Shown piece after piece: positions 9,423 to 19,200 of a stretch of 64,000 nucleotides of DNA. The translations under genes were made by a program, and so were the position numbers. Within the stretch, counting starts at the first letter, position 1. Every line of letters starts with the position of its first letter. The notes beneath the pieces are model-generated. The model saw only the letters and a program-made list of their open reading frames with translations. It ran no database searches and was not told the origin of the DNA. This DNA is from Streptosporangiaceae bacterium (lineage in GTDB: Bacteria; Actinomycetota; Actinomycetes; Streptosporangiales; Streptosporangiaceae): positions 7,397 to 71,396 of the forward strand of contig DASXLW010000080.1 of NCBI GenBank assembly GCA_036496025.1, written 5' to 3'.

Positions 9423-10046
9423 ATGCGTCAGGCAGAGGTCCTGCCCGCCCGGGCCGGCGAGCCAGTTGTCGCTCGCCGGCCCGGGCGTCCGCGCAGCGAG
9501 CGCGCCGAGCGGGCCATCCTGGACGCCACGCTGGAACTGTTCACCGAGTCCGGGGTGGCCGGCGTGTGCATGGAGGCCGTCGCCGCCCGGGCCGGCGTGG
9601 GCAAGGCCACCATCTACCGCCGCTGGGCCGGCAAGGAGGATCTGCTCCTCGACGCGCTCAGCTTGCTGAAGTCGCCGCTGCCCGAGCCGCGCGGGCGGTC
9701 GGTGCGCGAGGACCTGGTCGCGATGCTCCGGGTGATGTGCCAGGACGCGGCCGACCCGACCCGGATGCGGCGGTACGCGCTGCTGCTGGGCGAGGGGGAG
9801 AAGTACCCGAGGATCATGCAGCGATACAAAGAGACCGTGGTCGAGCCGCGCCGCGAGCTGATCAGGTCGGTGCTGCGACGCGGGATCGCCTCGGGCGAGC
9901 TGCGGCCGGATGCGGACCTTGAGGTGGCGGTGGCCATGCTCACCGGCGCGGTGATGTCGCGGGGCAAGCACGACCCGGAACTGATCCCGCCGGACTTCCC
10001 GGAGCGGGTCGCAGACCACGTGCTGCTCGGCCTGGCGCCGCGCTGA
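9423..10046 (+). CDS. TetR/AcrR family transcriptional regulator
   Basis: ATG 9423 lies 5 nt after the MFS stop. The HTH segment is ..ILDATLELFTESGVAGVCMEAVAARAGVGKATIYRRW.. Confidence 0.85.
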   Translation: MRQAEVLPARAGEPVVARRPGRPRSERAERAILDATLELFTESGVAGVCMEAVAARAGVGKATIYRRWAGKEDLLLDALSLLKSPLPEPRGRSVREDLVAMLRVMCQDAADPTRMRRYALLLGEGEKYPRIMQRYKETVVEPRRELIRSVLRRGIASGELRPDADLEVAVAMLTGAVMSRGKHDPELIPPDFPERVADHVLLGLAPR

Positions 10047-10072
10047 CCCGCGCAGTAGCGCCGGGCCGGCCC

Positions 10073-10822
10073 TCATTTCCGCAGCGTCTTGGTCACGTAC
10101 CGGTCGACCGTGTCGCGGGCGGCGGGCGAGCCCCACATCTGGCGCACCAGCTCGTCATCCGCGCGCTGCCGGGCGATGAGGTCCAGCGCGGGTGCGCGGA
10201 TCTGCCTGCGGGTATGCCGCAGCGGCTCGCCGGGCAGCGCCGCGAACTCGGCCGCGGCCGCGACCGCGCGGGGGAGCACCGATGCCTCGTCAACCACCTC
10301 GTCCGCCAGCCCGAGCGCCACGGCCTCGGCGGCGGCATACGTCCGGCCGAAGTAGCTGATCTCCTTGAGCCGCGGGGTGCCGACCGCGAAGCGCAGGATC
10401 TCTGTCGCAGCGGCCGGGAACGGCAGCCCGACGAGCAGCTCGGTGACGCCGGTGCGCCCGCGGCCCGCGTTCATCACCCGGTGGTCGCAGGCGCAGGCCA
10501 GGACGCAGCCCCCGGCGATCGCGTGCCCGTTGAGCGCGGCGACGACCGGCACGGAGCAATTGAATACGGCCAGGAACGCCTCGCTGAGCGCGGGCAGGAA
10601 CTCCTCGAGGTATCCGGGGCCGCCATCACGCAGCCGCAGCAAGTCCACCCCGGCCGAGAAGATGCTCCCGTGCCCGGTCAGCACGGCAGCACGGTGGCCG
10701 TCGCGTTCCAGTTGCCCGAAGTGCGCGGCCAGAGCGCGGCACAGGCTCGTGTCGAGCGCGTTCGCCCTGCCGTGCGTCATCGTGACCACGGCCACCTGCC
10801 CGTGCGTCTCGACGCTGATCAT
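10073..10822 (-). CDS. Enoyl-CoA hydratase/isomerase (crotonase) family protein
   Basis: ATG 10822 (MISVETHGQVAVVTMTHGRANALD..). The oxyanion-hole region ..FSAGVDL.. and ..ALNGHAIAGGCVLA.. are present. Confidence 0.8.
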   Translation of the reverse strand: MISVETHGQVAVVTMTHGRANALDTSLCRALAAHFGQLERDGHRAAVLTGHGSIFSAGVDLLRLRDGGPGYLEEFLPALSEAFLAVFNCSVPVVAALNGHAIAGGCVLACACDHRVMNAGRGRTGVTELLVGLPFPAAATEILRFAVGTPRLKEISYFGRTYAAAEAVALGLADEVVDEASVLPRAVAAAAEFAALPGEPLRHTRRQIRAPALDLIARQRADDELVRQMWGSPAARDTVDRYVTKTLRK

Positions 10823-10839
10823 GGCCGGGAGTTCCGCGC

Positions 10840-11667
10840 TCAGGACTTGCGGCCGACCGCGGCGTAGGCGGGAATGCGCTGGCCGGGGCGGCCGATCGCC
10901 CGCCATTCGGGCAGCGGTACCACGCCCGGGTCCAGCAGGTCGAGGCCCTCGAAGAACCGGCTGAACTCCGCCTTGCTGCGGCGGGTCTGCCGCACCGCTC
11001 CCAGCCGCTGGTTGTACCGGCGCGCGGACTCGGCCACCGCCTCCGCGTCGATGTCCGCGGCCGTGTCCGACAGGGCCAGGTAGCTACCCGGCGGAACCGC
11101 GTCCATCAGCCGGGCCACGATCCCCCACGGGTCCTCCGCATCCGGGATGTACTGCAAGATCATCAGCAGCATCACCGCGACCGGCTGGCTGAGGTCCAGC
11201 GTCTGCGCCGCCCCCCGCAGCACCGCTTCCGTGTCCCGCAGATCGGTGTCGACGTAGGCGGTGGCGCCTTCCGGCGTGCTGGTCAGCAGCGCTCGGGCGT
11301 GCGCCAGCACGATCGGGTCATTGTCCACGTACACGACCCGGCATTGCGGCGCGACCTGCTGCGCCACCTCGTGGGTGTTGTCGGCCGTCGGCAGTCCGGT
11401 GCCGATGTCCAGGAACTGGCGGATCCCCGCCTCGCCGACCAGGTACCGCACCGCCCGGCCCAGGAACTTCCGGTTCGCCCTCACGCCCGGCAGCACCTGG
11501 GGATTGGCCGCGATCACCTGCTCGGCCGCCTCCCGATCGGCGGCGAAGTTGTCCTTGCCGCCCAGCCAGTAGTCGTACACCCGGGCCGGATGCGCCACGC
11601 TGGTATCGAAAGCCGCTGCCTTGTCTCGACGGCTCGAGACCGTGGGCCTGAACCAGTTCCTGGCCAT
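10840..11667 (-). CDS. SAM-dependent methyltransferase (actinobacterial DUF574-type)
   Basis: ATG 11667 (MARNWFRP..). The signature ..ARVYDYWLGGKDNFAADRE.. and ..FLDIGTGLPT.. are present. The 602-aa ORF extension upstream is Arg/Pro/Gly junk. Confidence 0.8.
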   Translation of the reverse strand: MARNWFRPTVSSRRDKAAAFDTSVAHPARVYDYWLGGKDNFAADREAAEQVIAANPQVLPGVRANRKFLGRAVRYLVGEAGIRQFLDIGTGLPTADNTHEVAQQVAPQCRVVYVDNDPIVLAHARALLTSTPEGATAYVDTDLRDTEAVLRGAAQTLDLSQPVAVMLLMILQYIPDAEDPWGIVARLMDAVPPGSYLALSDTAADIDAEAVAESARRYNQRLGAVRQTRRSKAEFSRFFEGLDLLDPGVVPLPEWRAIGRPGQRIPAYAAVGRKS

Positions 11668-11789
11668 GTTGCGCCTTTCCGCACGCCCGCCGATGGCTCG
11701 GGTCGGCCATCGTGAATGCCCGTCAGCACAGCGTAACCACCTGTCGCAGCGCGTGCCCGGCCGATGCCGACCTTGCCGCCCGGCGCGCG

Positions 11790-12524
11790 CTACCCGCCGG
11801 GGCCGACGTCGAACCGCGGCCTGGTGTCGAGCAGGTGGGACAGATCCGTGCCCACCGGGACGTCGGCTGGCTCGGCGTGCCGGCGGAAGAGGCGCCCGGT
11901 GCTGTTCCCGGCCAGGACCGCGTTCCGGCCCGATACCCGCAGCCAGGCTCCTTCGCGCAGTCCCAGCACCGGGACGTCGTTTTCCTCCAGGAACTCCTCG
12001 ATCCGGCGCGGCCGGGTCTCGCCCTGGTGCGAGCTGCGCGGATCCGGGTCCAGGTAGTGCGGGTTGAGCTGGAACGGGATCAATCCGAGCGCCGACAGCG
12101 GGACCGCCTCGACGATCGGCATGTCGTTGGTGGTGCGGATCGAGGGACAGGCCAGGTTCGATCCGGCGCTGGCGCCCAGGTACGGGACGCCGTTTTCTGC
12201 CACCCCGCGCAGCACGTCCAGGATCCCGAGCCGGATCACGGCCCGCAGCAGCCGGAACGAGTTGCCGCCCCCGACGAACACCGCCTCGGCGGCCCGCACC
12301 GCCCCGGGCACGTCGCTGGCCTCGTGCAGGCCGGTGACCCGGATGTCCATACGGGCCAGCGCCGCGCGCACCAGGCTCGTGTACGCGTCCGGATCGCCGC
12401 TGGCGAAGGGCACGAACAGCACCGTGCGGGCGCCGCCCAGGACCGGCCGGACGGCCTGGCTGGCGTGTTCCAGGAACCGCATGCCCGGAGCGGTCGAGTT
12501 CGACAACAGCAGCAGTTCGGTCAC
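11790..12524 (-). CDS. pepE: Dipeptidase E (peptidase S51)
   Basis: GTG 12524. The segments ..VFVGGGNSFRLL.. and ..YLGASAGSN.. (nucleophile Ser region) are typical of S51. Confidence 0.8.
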   Translation of the reverse strand: MTELLLLSNSTAPGMRFLEHASQAVRPVLGGARTVLFVPFASGDPDAYTSLVRAALARMDIRVTGLHEASDVPGAVRAAEAVFVGGGNSFRLLRAVIRLGILDVLRGVAENGVPYLGASAGSNLACPSIRTTNDMPIVEAVPLSALGLIPFQLNPHYLDPDPRSSHQGETRPRRIEEFLEENDVPVLGLREGAWLRVSGRNAVLAGNSTGRLFRRHAEPADVPVGTDLSHLLDTRPRFDVGPGG

Positions 12525-12681
12525 TGTCTGACCCTAGGCGGCGCGCTGGACGCGCCGCGGTGCCGGGTCGCGGGCGGCCGTCCGGGGGGAGCCAGCCCCG
12601 GCTACCGGGACGGCCCGGCGGCCATGGGGGTGAGCTGCTCGATGTCATGCCGCGCCCGCACCTGCGCGATGGCGCCGGCGG

Positions 12682-13623
12682 TCAGACCTCGATCGCGGCC
12701 GCCAGGTCCTCATCGACGATCAGCACCAGCTTGCCGCGGGTATGCCCCTCTTCGGCCACGCGGTGTGCCTGCGCGGCGTCCTGCCAGAAGTAGCGGGCTT
12801 GCAGGGTGACCGACAGCGATCCGTCGTCGAACCACGGAGCCATCCGGATCAGGCGGCTGCCCCTGGGCTGACCGTTGTACTGCTGCCAGCGGACCCGCCC
12901 GGCCTCAGGCTGACCGGCATGGACCGGCGTGGCGATCAGGGCCCCGTCCCGGGCCGCCCGGGCGGCGCCGTCCAGGGTGGGCGCCGCGCACGCGAGCACT
13001 CGTTCGGCCCCCCCGCCGGTGAGCTCGCGGACCTGGTCCGGCCAGTCGGCCCTGGTGTGGTCGAAGACGTTGGCCGCGCCGAGCTGGTGCAGGAACTGAT
13101 GATGCTGGGGGCTGGCGGTGGCGATGACCGACGCCCCGAGGATGCGAGCGATCTGCACCGCGAAATGACCGATCCCGCCCGCGCCGGCGGTAATCAGCAC
13201 GCGGTCGCCGGCCGCGATGGCCAGCACGTCGGTCAGCCCCTGCTCGGCCGTGAGCGCGTCGATGGGAGCCGCGGCCGCGTCGATGACGGACAGGCCCGCA
13301 GGGACGGGAGCCAGCTGTTCGCCCTGGCAGGTCACGTATTCGGCGTAGCAGCCGGTCAGGCCCGGGTAGCCGTACACCGGCGCGCCGGGGTCCAGGGCGA
13401 AGTCGGCGCCGGTGTCGCCCTCGACATACCCGGCGAACTCCCCGCCGGGTATGTAGGGCAGCGAGCCGGTCCAGCCGCCGCGGCGCAGCGAGACGTCCCA
13501 CGGACCCACGCCGGCCGCGACCACCCGGACCAGCACCTCGCCGGCTTGCGGTTCCGGCAGGGACGCCTCGCCGGGCTGCAGCACCTCCGGGCCGCCGAAC
13601 TCGCTGACCATGATTGCCTGCAT
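12682..13623 (-). CDS. MDR-superfamily NADPH:quinone oxidoreductase-like protein
   Basis: ATG 13623 (MQAIMVSEFGGPEVL..). The nucleotide-binding motif is ..ITAGAGGIGHFAVQIA.. The upstream part of the 449-aa ORF is non-coding-like. Confidence 0.8.
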   Translation of the reverse strand: MQAIMVSEFGGPEVLQPGEASLPEPQAGEVLVRVVAAGVGPWDVSLRRGGWTGSLPYIPGGEFAGYVEGDTGADFALDPGAPVYGYPGLTGCYAEYVTCQGEQLAPVPAGLSVIDAAAAPIDALTAEQGLTDVLAIAAGDRVLITAGAGGIGHFAVQIARILGASVIATASPQHHQFLHQLGAANVFDHTRADWPDQVRELTGGGAERVLACAAPTLDGAARAARDGALIATPVHAGQPEAGRVRWQQYNGQPRGSRLIRMAPWFDDGSLSVTLQARYFWQDAAQAHRVAEEGHTRGKLVLIVDEDLAAAIEV

Positions 13624-13770
13624 CACCGCTCCGATCCCTGCCAGCTGGCGAAGGGGCACGACTCGCGGCATGTCCGCGGTAGGGGCCCCGCGCCGCCACG
13701 CTATCGCCGGATGCCGCGCTGCCGCGCCCTTATCGCCGGCGGAGCTTGCCGGCGGGTTGCCGGGCGCGGC

Positions 13771-13868
13771 CGCCTGCCCGGCCGCACCGGCGCGGGAGAT
13801 GGCTGGCCGCCTCGGGTCGCCCGGGTGCGGCTGACCGCCCGCCGCACCGCGGCGGGAGATGCCTGCCC
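13771..13868. repeat. Imperfect direct repeat with 60-bp spacing in the oxidoreductase / YciI intergenic region
   Basis: gccgcaccggcgcgggagatggctggcc (13781-13808) recurs as gccgcaccgcggcgggagatgcctgccc (13841-13868). Confidence 0.5.
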
Positions 13869-14034
13869 GGAGCCGCGGCCCGGCGTTGAGGCACGATGGA
13901 CAATGTGGTGATCCCGGTCCATGACGAGAGCCGGTGCGCAGGACGCCGTGGGTCATCACGACCTCCGGTCCTGTGTCCCGGGCCGCGCCGCCCGTTCGTC
14001 GTCCTGGTAGGAACACGACCGCGAGGAGCAAGCG

Positions 14035-14382
14035 ATGAGGTACCTGATGTTCGTCTGCACCGACACCGAGCCCGACACGGACAAGTCCCCCGAGCCCGAC
14101 ATCGACGCGTGGGTGGCGGACAATGACGGCCGCGGCAGGCGCCTGGATGGCAACGTGCTGGCGCCGCCGTCAGCGGCCACGACGATCCGCGTCCGTGACG
14201 GCGAACTGCTGGTCTGCGACGGCCCGTTCGCGGAGACTAAAGAAGTGATCGTGGGCTACGACCTGCTCGAATGCGCCGACCTGGACGAGGCGATCGACGT
14301 GGCCCGGGCCCACCCGATGGCCCGGGGGGGTCGGCTCGAGCTGCGCCCGTTCGCCGACCTGGACGACCAGCCGGGTAGCTGA
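14035..14382 (+). CDS. YciI (DGPF/YCII) family protein
   Basis: 115 aa. MRYLMFVC.. ..DGPFAETKEVIVGYDLLECADLDEAIDVA.. is the classic YCII pattern. Confidence 0.8.
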   Translation: MRYLMFVCTDTEPDTDKSPEPDIDAWVADNDGRGRRLDGNVLAPPSAATTIRVRDGELLVCDGPFAETKEVIVGYDLLECADLDEAIDVARAHPMARGGRLELRPFADLDDQPGS

Positions 14383-14422
14383 TCCGCGCCAGCCCGGCGA
14401 GAGCGTCCGGTTGGCCGTTGGC

Positions 14423-14506
14423 TGATGGCGCCCGGTCCCTGACCGACGGCGCCCGGTCGTTGACCGATGGCGCCCGGTCGTTGACCGATGGTGCCCGGCC
14501 CTTGGC
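14423..14506. repeat. 21-bp tandem repeat x4 (intergenic)
   Basis: Units are tgatggcgcccggtccctgac / cgacggcgcccggtcgttgac / cgatggcgcccggtcgttgac / cgatggtgcccggcccttggc. Confidence 0.9.
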
Positions 14507-14757
14507 CGGCGGCGGCAGGCCCGGGATCGCCGGGGCGAGCAGGTGTAACGCCCCCGCCACGACCGGCGTTTCGTGTCAGAGAGGTTTCCCCCGAGCGGGG
14601 CCCGGCCCTTCCCCCGGGCCGGGCCCCGTCATGTGCGGCGTCGACCGTGGGCACGCCGGGCGCCATCGGGCTTGCGTCCAGGAGGTAGCTCCCTGACCAT
14701 GCGGCCATACCGGTCCCAGCCGCCCGCCCCCTCCGGCACGGCCGTCCGCCTCCCGTC

Positions 14758-14973
14758 GTGAACGCAAAGCGGAGCGAGGACAGCCAGGATGCCGAGCTTG
14801 CCCGGCTCCGGCAGCGGTTTCCGCGGTGGCGAATCTGGCGCGGACGCGCCACCGGCGACTACTGGGCTATGCCGCCGCGCGATCACCCCGGCTTCCGCCA
14901 GCTGATCAGCGCGGGCGACATCGGTGAACTCGCCCAGCGCCTCGCCCGGGCGGACGGACGACACAACCCATGA
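14758..14973 (+). CDS. Small hypothetical protein (71 aa)
   Basis: GTG 14758. ..ELARLRQRFPRWRIWRGRATGDYWAMPP..ELAQRLA.. resembles small actinomycete proteins I recall seeing near XRE regulators and integrated elements. This is unverified. Confidence 0.4.
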   Translation: MNAKRSEDSQDAELARLRQRFPRWRIWRGRATGDYWAMPPRDHPGFRQLISAGDIGELAQRLARADGRHNP

Positions 14974-15220
14974 CCCCGGTGCCGGGGAGCGCCTTCATCC
15001 GGCTCAACCGCCGGCCTGAGGAAGCTCAGCAGGTCGATGCCGTCCTCGGCGGCCGGTAGCCGCATCACGCCCCCGTCTCCCCGGGAGGATTGTGACCTCT
15101 TCCGATGCCAGTTTCGGGGCAGATTCAAGGCCGGGTCAGCGGCCGGTGTTTCGGTCGTCACCCAGCGATGTCGAGCAGCCCGGATCGGCTCCGCCCGAAG
15201 TAGCGTCCGGGCGCCGCGGT

Positions 15221-16093
15221 TCAGAACGTCTCGATCGCCGGAATGACGCGTTCGGCCATCAGATCCAGCGGGCGCAGCGTGCCGACCCGGGCGAGAGTGC
15301 CGTGCGCCACCGTGAAGCCGAACTCGGACAGCTCGTGCAGGTGCTCGATCGTCTGCTCCACCCGTTCGCCGTTCTCGCCGAGGTCGAACCGGACCTGCAC
15401 GGTCTTCTCGATCGAGTCGTAGTCGCGCCCCTCGGCGGCGCAGTGCTGGCGCAGCACATCGAGCTTGTGCGGCAGTTCCGGGGTGTCGAACAGGTTGCAT
15501 GCGTCGGCGTAGCGGGCCACCAGCAGCAGCGTCTTGCGCTCCCCGCCACCGCCGATGAGGATCGGCGGGTGCGGCCGGCTCAGGGCCTGCGGCGAATTCA
15601 GCGTGCGGGCCAGATGGTAGTGCTTGCCTTCGAACGGGCCGTCGTCCTCGCTCCACATCTGCTGGCAGATGCGCAGCGCCTCCTCCAGCCGCTCGAAGCG
15701 CTCGGCGCGGGGCGGGAAGAACAAGCCCAGCCCGCGGGCCTCCTCTTCGTTCCAGGCCGCCCCGATGCCCAGGATGGAGCGTCCTCCGGACAGCACGTCC
15801 AGCGTCGTGACCGCCTTCGCCAGCAGCCCCGGTTCGCGGTAGACCACCGCGGTTACGACCGTGAGCAGCTTGACCCGTTCGGTCACGGCGGCCAGGAAGC
15901 CCAGCGCGGTGTAGGCCTCGAGCATCTCGTGCTCGGGCGGGCCGAGGGACCCGATCTGCCAGACGTGGTCCATCACGCTGAGCCGGTCCACTCCGGCGTT
16001 GTCGGCACCCCGCGCCACCTCACCCAGCCGGGACCGCAGCGCAGGCGGTCCGCCTTCCCAGGTGAAATCCGCGATGTGCAAGCCCACCTTCAT
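15221..16093 (-). CDS. LLM-class (luciferase-like) F420-dependent oxidoreductase
   Basis: ATG 16093 (MKVGLHIADFTW..). The segments ..AYTALGFLAAVTERVKL.. and ..GGRSILGIGAAWNEEE.. are typical of the family. Confidence 0.85.
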   Translation of the reverse strand: MKVGLHIADFTWEGGPPALRSRLGEVARGADNAGVDRLSVMDHVWQIGSLGPPEHEMLEAYTALGFLAAVTERVKLLTVVTAVVYREPGLLAKAVTTLDVLSGGRSILGIGAAWNEEEARGLGLFFPPRAERFERLEEALRICQQMWSEDDGPFEGKHYHLARTLNSPQALSRPHPPILIGGGGERKTLLLVARYADACNLFDTPELPHKLDVLRQHCAAEGRDYDSIEKTVQVRFDLGENGERVEQTIEHLHELSEFGFTVAHGTLARVGTLRPLDLMAERVIPAIETF

Positions 16094-16221
16094 CCGCGCA
16101 CTCCTTATTACTAGACGGAGGACCCTCCGGATCAGTATCTCAGGCCGGGCGGAGCCGTCGGACACCACCCCATCGCGATCATGACGTGGTGCCGCCGCAG
16201 AGCGACCCGGTCGCCCGGTGT

Positions 16222-16773
16222 CTACTCGTGACCGGCTGGCAGGGCGAAGATCAGTACGTCGAGCACGGGGGAGCCGGGACCGGGGCCCCGGATCCGGCCG
16301 GCCTTATGCCAGCCCCAGCCGCGGAAGGCGATTTGCGCCGAGGTGGCGCCGGGCGAGACGGTGAGGGTCGCTCGTTCCTCGCGGCGGCTGCCGATGATCA
16401 GGTCGTGCAGGGCCCGGGCGATGCCCTGCCTGCGCCACGCCGGGCGCACCAGCAGCTCGGTCAGCGCGAACGTACGGCCGGGATACTCGGTTGTGATCTC
16501 GGCTGGCAACGGCGTGGTCGCACCGTTCCACCAGGACGTCGATGACCGAAGTGGCATCCCGGCGGCGTAACCAATCAGGTAGCCGCCGTGCCGGGCCTCG
16601 GCCAGAGCCGAACCCGGCTGGCGGCGCCATACCTGGAACTGCCTGGCCAGCAGCGCGTCGTCCTCGGCCTGACCGTAAACCTCGTGATGCAGGGCCCGCA
16701 GCTCATCGGCGTGCCCAGCCGCCTGCCTGCCGTCCAGAAGCTGGAACGTCACGCCTGCGGTGGACACGACCAC
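16222..16773 (-). CDS. GNAT family N-acetyltransferase
   Basis: The acetyl-CoA motif is ..LLVRPAWRRQGIARALHD.. Start GTG 16773 is uncertain. Confidence 0.7.
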   Translation of the reverse strand: MVVSTAGVTFQLLDGRQAAGHADELRALHHEVYGQAEDDALLARQFQVWRRQPGSALAEARHGGYLIGYAAGMPLRSSTSWWNGATTPLPAEITTEYPGRTFALTELLVRPAWRRQGIARALHDLIIGSRREERATLTVSPGATSAQIAFRGWGWHKAGRIRGPGPGSPVLDVLIFALPAGHE

Positions 16774-16789
16774 CTCTCCACCGGGACCG

Positions 16790-17236
16790 TCAGGATTCGG
16801 AACGGTCCAGGTCGATGAGCGCGATCCCGAGCTCCGGACGCAGCACCTTGCGCAATTCCGCGGGGGACTCGGTCACGATGGCTTCCAGCGTCGGGAACAC
16901 CCGGCCCTCGAGGAGGTGACCTCCGCGCGTGGTCCCGTCCGAGAGCCCGAGCACGGCGTGCACGTGCAGGATGGGGCCGTCCTGGCCCTCGGCCACGTCA
17001 CCGATCAGCGACAACAGCTCGCACTGCTCGTCCACCGGGATGCGGCGGTATTCCCTGGTCGCGGGGTCGAACCAGCCGACGGTGGCGCGCTCGAAGCCGC
17101 CGACCGCGGTGATCTGCGCGGCTTCCAGGTCCTCGGCCCGCGCGAACTGCGTCAGCGCGGAGACCGCCTCATCGCCCGGGTCGCACACCACGACGTAGGT
17201 GACGACATCTGCGTCCTCGACGATCTTGGACTTCAT
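16790..17236 (-). CDS. PPC (DUF296) domain DNA-binding protein
   Basis: 148 aa. ..FERATVGWFDP.. ..LSLIGDVA..GPILHVHAVLG..DG.. ..GGHLL matches the PCC/DUF296 pattern. Confidence 0.75.
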   Translation of the reverse strand: MKSKIVEDADVVTYVVVCDPGDEAVSALTQFARAEDLEAAQITAVGGFERATVGWFDPATREYRRIPVDEQCELLSLIGDVAEGQDGPILHVHAVLGLSDGTTRGGHLLEGRVFPTLEAIVTESPAELRKVLRPELGIALIDLDRSES

Positions 17237-17332
17237 GGCCTGCTCCTTTGCGGGAAGGTTTGCACCGAGCTGAACATCGGCTCCCGGCGAGACGCCGAGG
17301 CGCCGTCGCCGGGGCGTGCCCGCCGAGGCGAG

Positions 17333-19153
17333 CTAGCCAATCTGCTCACGCCAGCGGTCGGTGATCGGCAGCCGGCGGTCGCGGCCGAAGTTCTTCTGCG
17401 TGATCTTGGGACCTGGCGGGTACTGGCGCCGCTTGTACTCCGCCGTGTCCACCAGCCTGATCACCCGCTGCACCAGCTCCGGGTCGTGGCCGGCGGCGAT
17501 CAGCGCCGCCGCGCCCATGTCCTTCTCGACGTAATCGTCGAGCAGTGCGTCCAGCACCGCGTAGTCGGGCAGCGAGTCGGTGTCCAGCTGGCCTGGGGCC
17601 AGCTCGGCGCTGGGCGGCTTGGAGATCGAGTTTTCCGGGATCGGCGGCGTCTGACCGTCCTGCGCGGCCTGGGCGTTGCGCCACTTCGCCAGCTCCCAGA
17701 CCAGCGTCTTGAGCACGTCCTTGATCGGCGCGAACCCGCCGGCCGAGTCGCCGTACAGGGTGGAATAGCCGGTGGCGATCTCGCTCTTGTTCCCGGTGGT
17801 CAGCACCAGGTGGCCCTCCTGGTTGGACAGCGTCATGAGGATCATGCCGCGGATCCGGGCCTGCAGGTTCTCCGCGGCCAGGCCGGTGAGGCCGTCGAGC
17901 TCGGAGTCGAAAGCGTCCACGATGGCGCGGACGGGCACCGTGCGGGCGTGCAGGCCCTGGCGCTTGGCCAGGTCCTCGGCGTCGCCGACCGAGTGCTCGG
18001 AGGAGTACTGGCTCGGCATCAGCACCACGTGTACCCGGTCGGGACCGATCGCGTCGGCCGCGATCGTCGCGGTCAGCGCCGAGTCGATGCCGCCGGACAG
18101 TCCGAGGATGACCGACCCGAAGCCGTTCTTGCGCACGTAGTCCGCCGTGCCGAGGACCAGCGCCGCGTAGACCTCGGCCAGGCCGCCGGGCGGGCCGTCC
18201 ACGCATTTCGCCGCCCAGGTGCCCGGCTGCGGCGTGACCGGGCCGGCCTGGGGCCGTTCGGTATCCCGGGTTTCAACGGGCTCGAGCTCGAGACGCCGGA
18301 TGGTGATCATGGTGCCGTCACCGGCGTCGGCGGGGGTATCACCGGGCCGCCGGGCCGGATCCGCGGTCGGCAGGTCCAGGTCGGTGACCAGTAGCTGTTC
18401 GCAGAACTGGGGAGCCTGCGCGACCGTGCGGCCGGCCGCGTCCACCACAAGAGAGCCGCCGTCGAAGACCAGCTCGTCCTGGCCGCCGAGCATGTTCGCA
18501 TAGGCCAGCGCGGCGCCCGCCTCGCGGGCCCGGCGGGCGGAGAGCCGCTGCCTGACATACAGCTTGCCCCGCTCGTAGGGTGACGCGTTCGGCACCGCGA
18601 GCAGCGCCGCCCCCGCCGCGCAGGCGACCTGTACCGGCCCGCCGTCCTGCCAGAGGTCTTCGCAGATGGCGACGGCCACGTCCACCCGACCGCCGCCGGC
18701 CTGCATGCGGAAGACGGGCAGCCGGTTGCCGGGGACGAAGTACCGGAACTCGTCGAATACGCCGTAGTTCGGCAGGTGGTGCTTGGCGGAGGTGACCTGG
18801 ATCGCCCCGTCGTAGAGCAGTGCCGCGGCGTCCAGCGGGGCGCCGGACGGCAGGCCCACCCGCGGCGCCAGGTCGGCCCGCCGGTCGAGGTAGCCGGTCA
18901 CCACGGCGATCCCACCGAGGCCTTCGGCGGCCAGGCGCCGCGCGGTGGCGCGGACGGTGGCGATCGACGCGTCCACGAACGAGGCCCGCAGCGCGAGGTC
19001 CTCGACCGGGTAGCCGGTGATCATCATCTCCGGGAACACGACCAGGCCGGCGCCGGAGCCGGCGGCGCGCCTGGTCCACTCGACGACCAGGTCGGCGTTT
19101 CCCTCCAGGTCACCAACGGTGGGATTTACCTGAGCGAGAGCGATCCGCAGCAT
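17333..19153 (-). CDS. nadE: Glutamine-dependent NAD+ synthetase
   Basis: ATG 19153 (MLRIALAQVNPTVGDLEGN..). An N-terminal nitrilase/CN-hydrolase domain is followed by a C-terminal synthetase domain with SGGIDS. Confidence 0.9.
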   Translation of the reverse strand: MLRIALAQVNPTVGDLEGNADLVVEWTRRAAGSGAGLVVFPEMMITGYPVEDLALRASFVDASIATVRATARRLAAEGLGGIAVVTGYLDRRADLAPRVGLPSGAPLDAAALLYDGAIQVTSAKHHLPNYGVFDEFRYFVPGNRLPVFRMQAGGGRVDVAVAICEDLWQDGGPVQVACAAGAALLAVPNASPYERGKLYVRQRLSARRAREAGAALAYANMLGGQDELVFDGGSLVVDAAGRTVAQAPQFCEQLLVTDLDLPTADPARRPGDTPADAGDGTMITIRRLELEPVETRDTERPQAGPVTPQPGTWAAKCVDGPPGGLAEVYAALVLGTADYVRKNGFGSVILGLSGGIDSALTATIAADAIGPDRVHVVLMPSQYSSEHSVGDAEDLAKRQGLHARTVPVRAIVDAFDSELDGLTGLAAENLQARIRGMILMTLSNQEGHLVLTTGNKSEIATGYSTLYGDSAGGFAPIKDVLKTLVWELAKWRNAQAAQDGQTPPIPENSISKPPSAELAPGQLDTDSLPDYAVLDALLDDYVEKDMGAAALIAAGHDPELVQRVIRLVDTAEYKRRQYPPGPKITQKNFGRDRRLPITDRWREQIG

Positions 19154-19200
19154 AGGCACGCCTCCAGCGTATTGCGGGCGGGCGGCCGCCATCGCGGCGC

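Noticed and set aside
11668-12648. N-terminal 327-aa extension of the methyltransferase ORF (the track gives 10840..12648)
   Set aside because: The extension runs antisense through pepE and is Arg/Pro/Gly-rich. The conserved methyltransferase begins at MARNWFRP (ATG 11667).
14418-14696. 92-aa ORF encoding DGARSLT heptad repeats
   Set aside because: It has a TTG start without an SD, and its downstream part is Gly/Pro/Cys-rich and unlike a folded protein. It is more simply explained as a non-coding 21-bp tandem repeat. It is kept as a low-interest finding only.
16760-18394. 544-aa plus-strand ORF across the PPC gene and nadE
   Set aside because: It lies antisense to the well-supported nadE. 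Its composition is low-complexity and no domain is recognisable.
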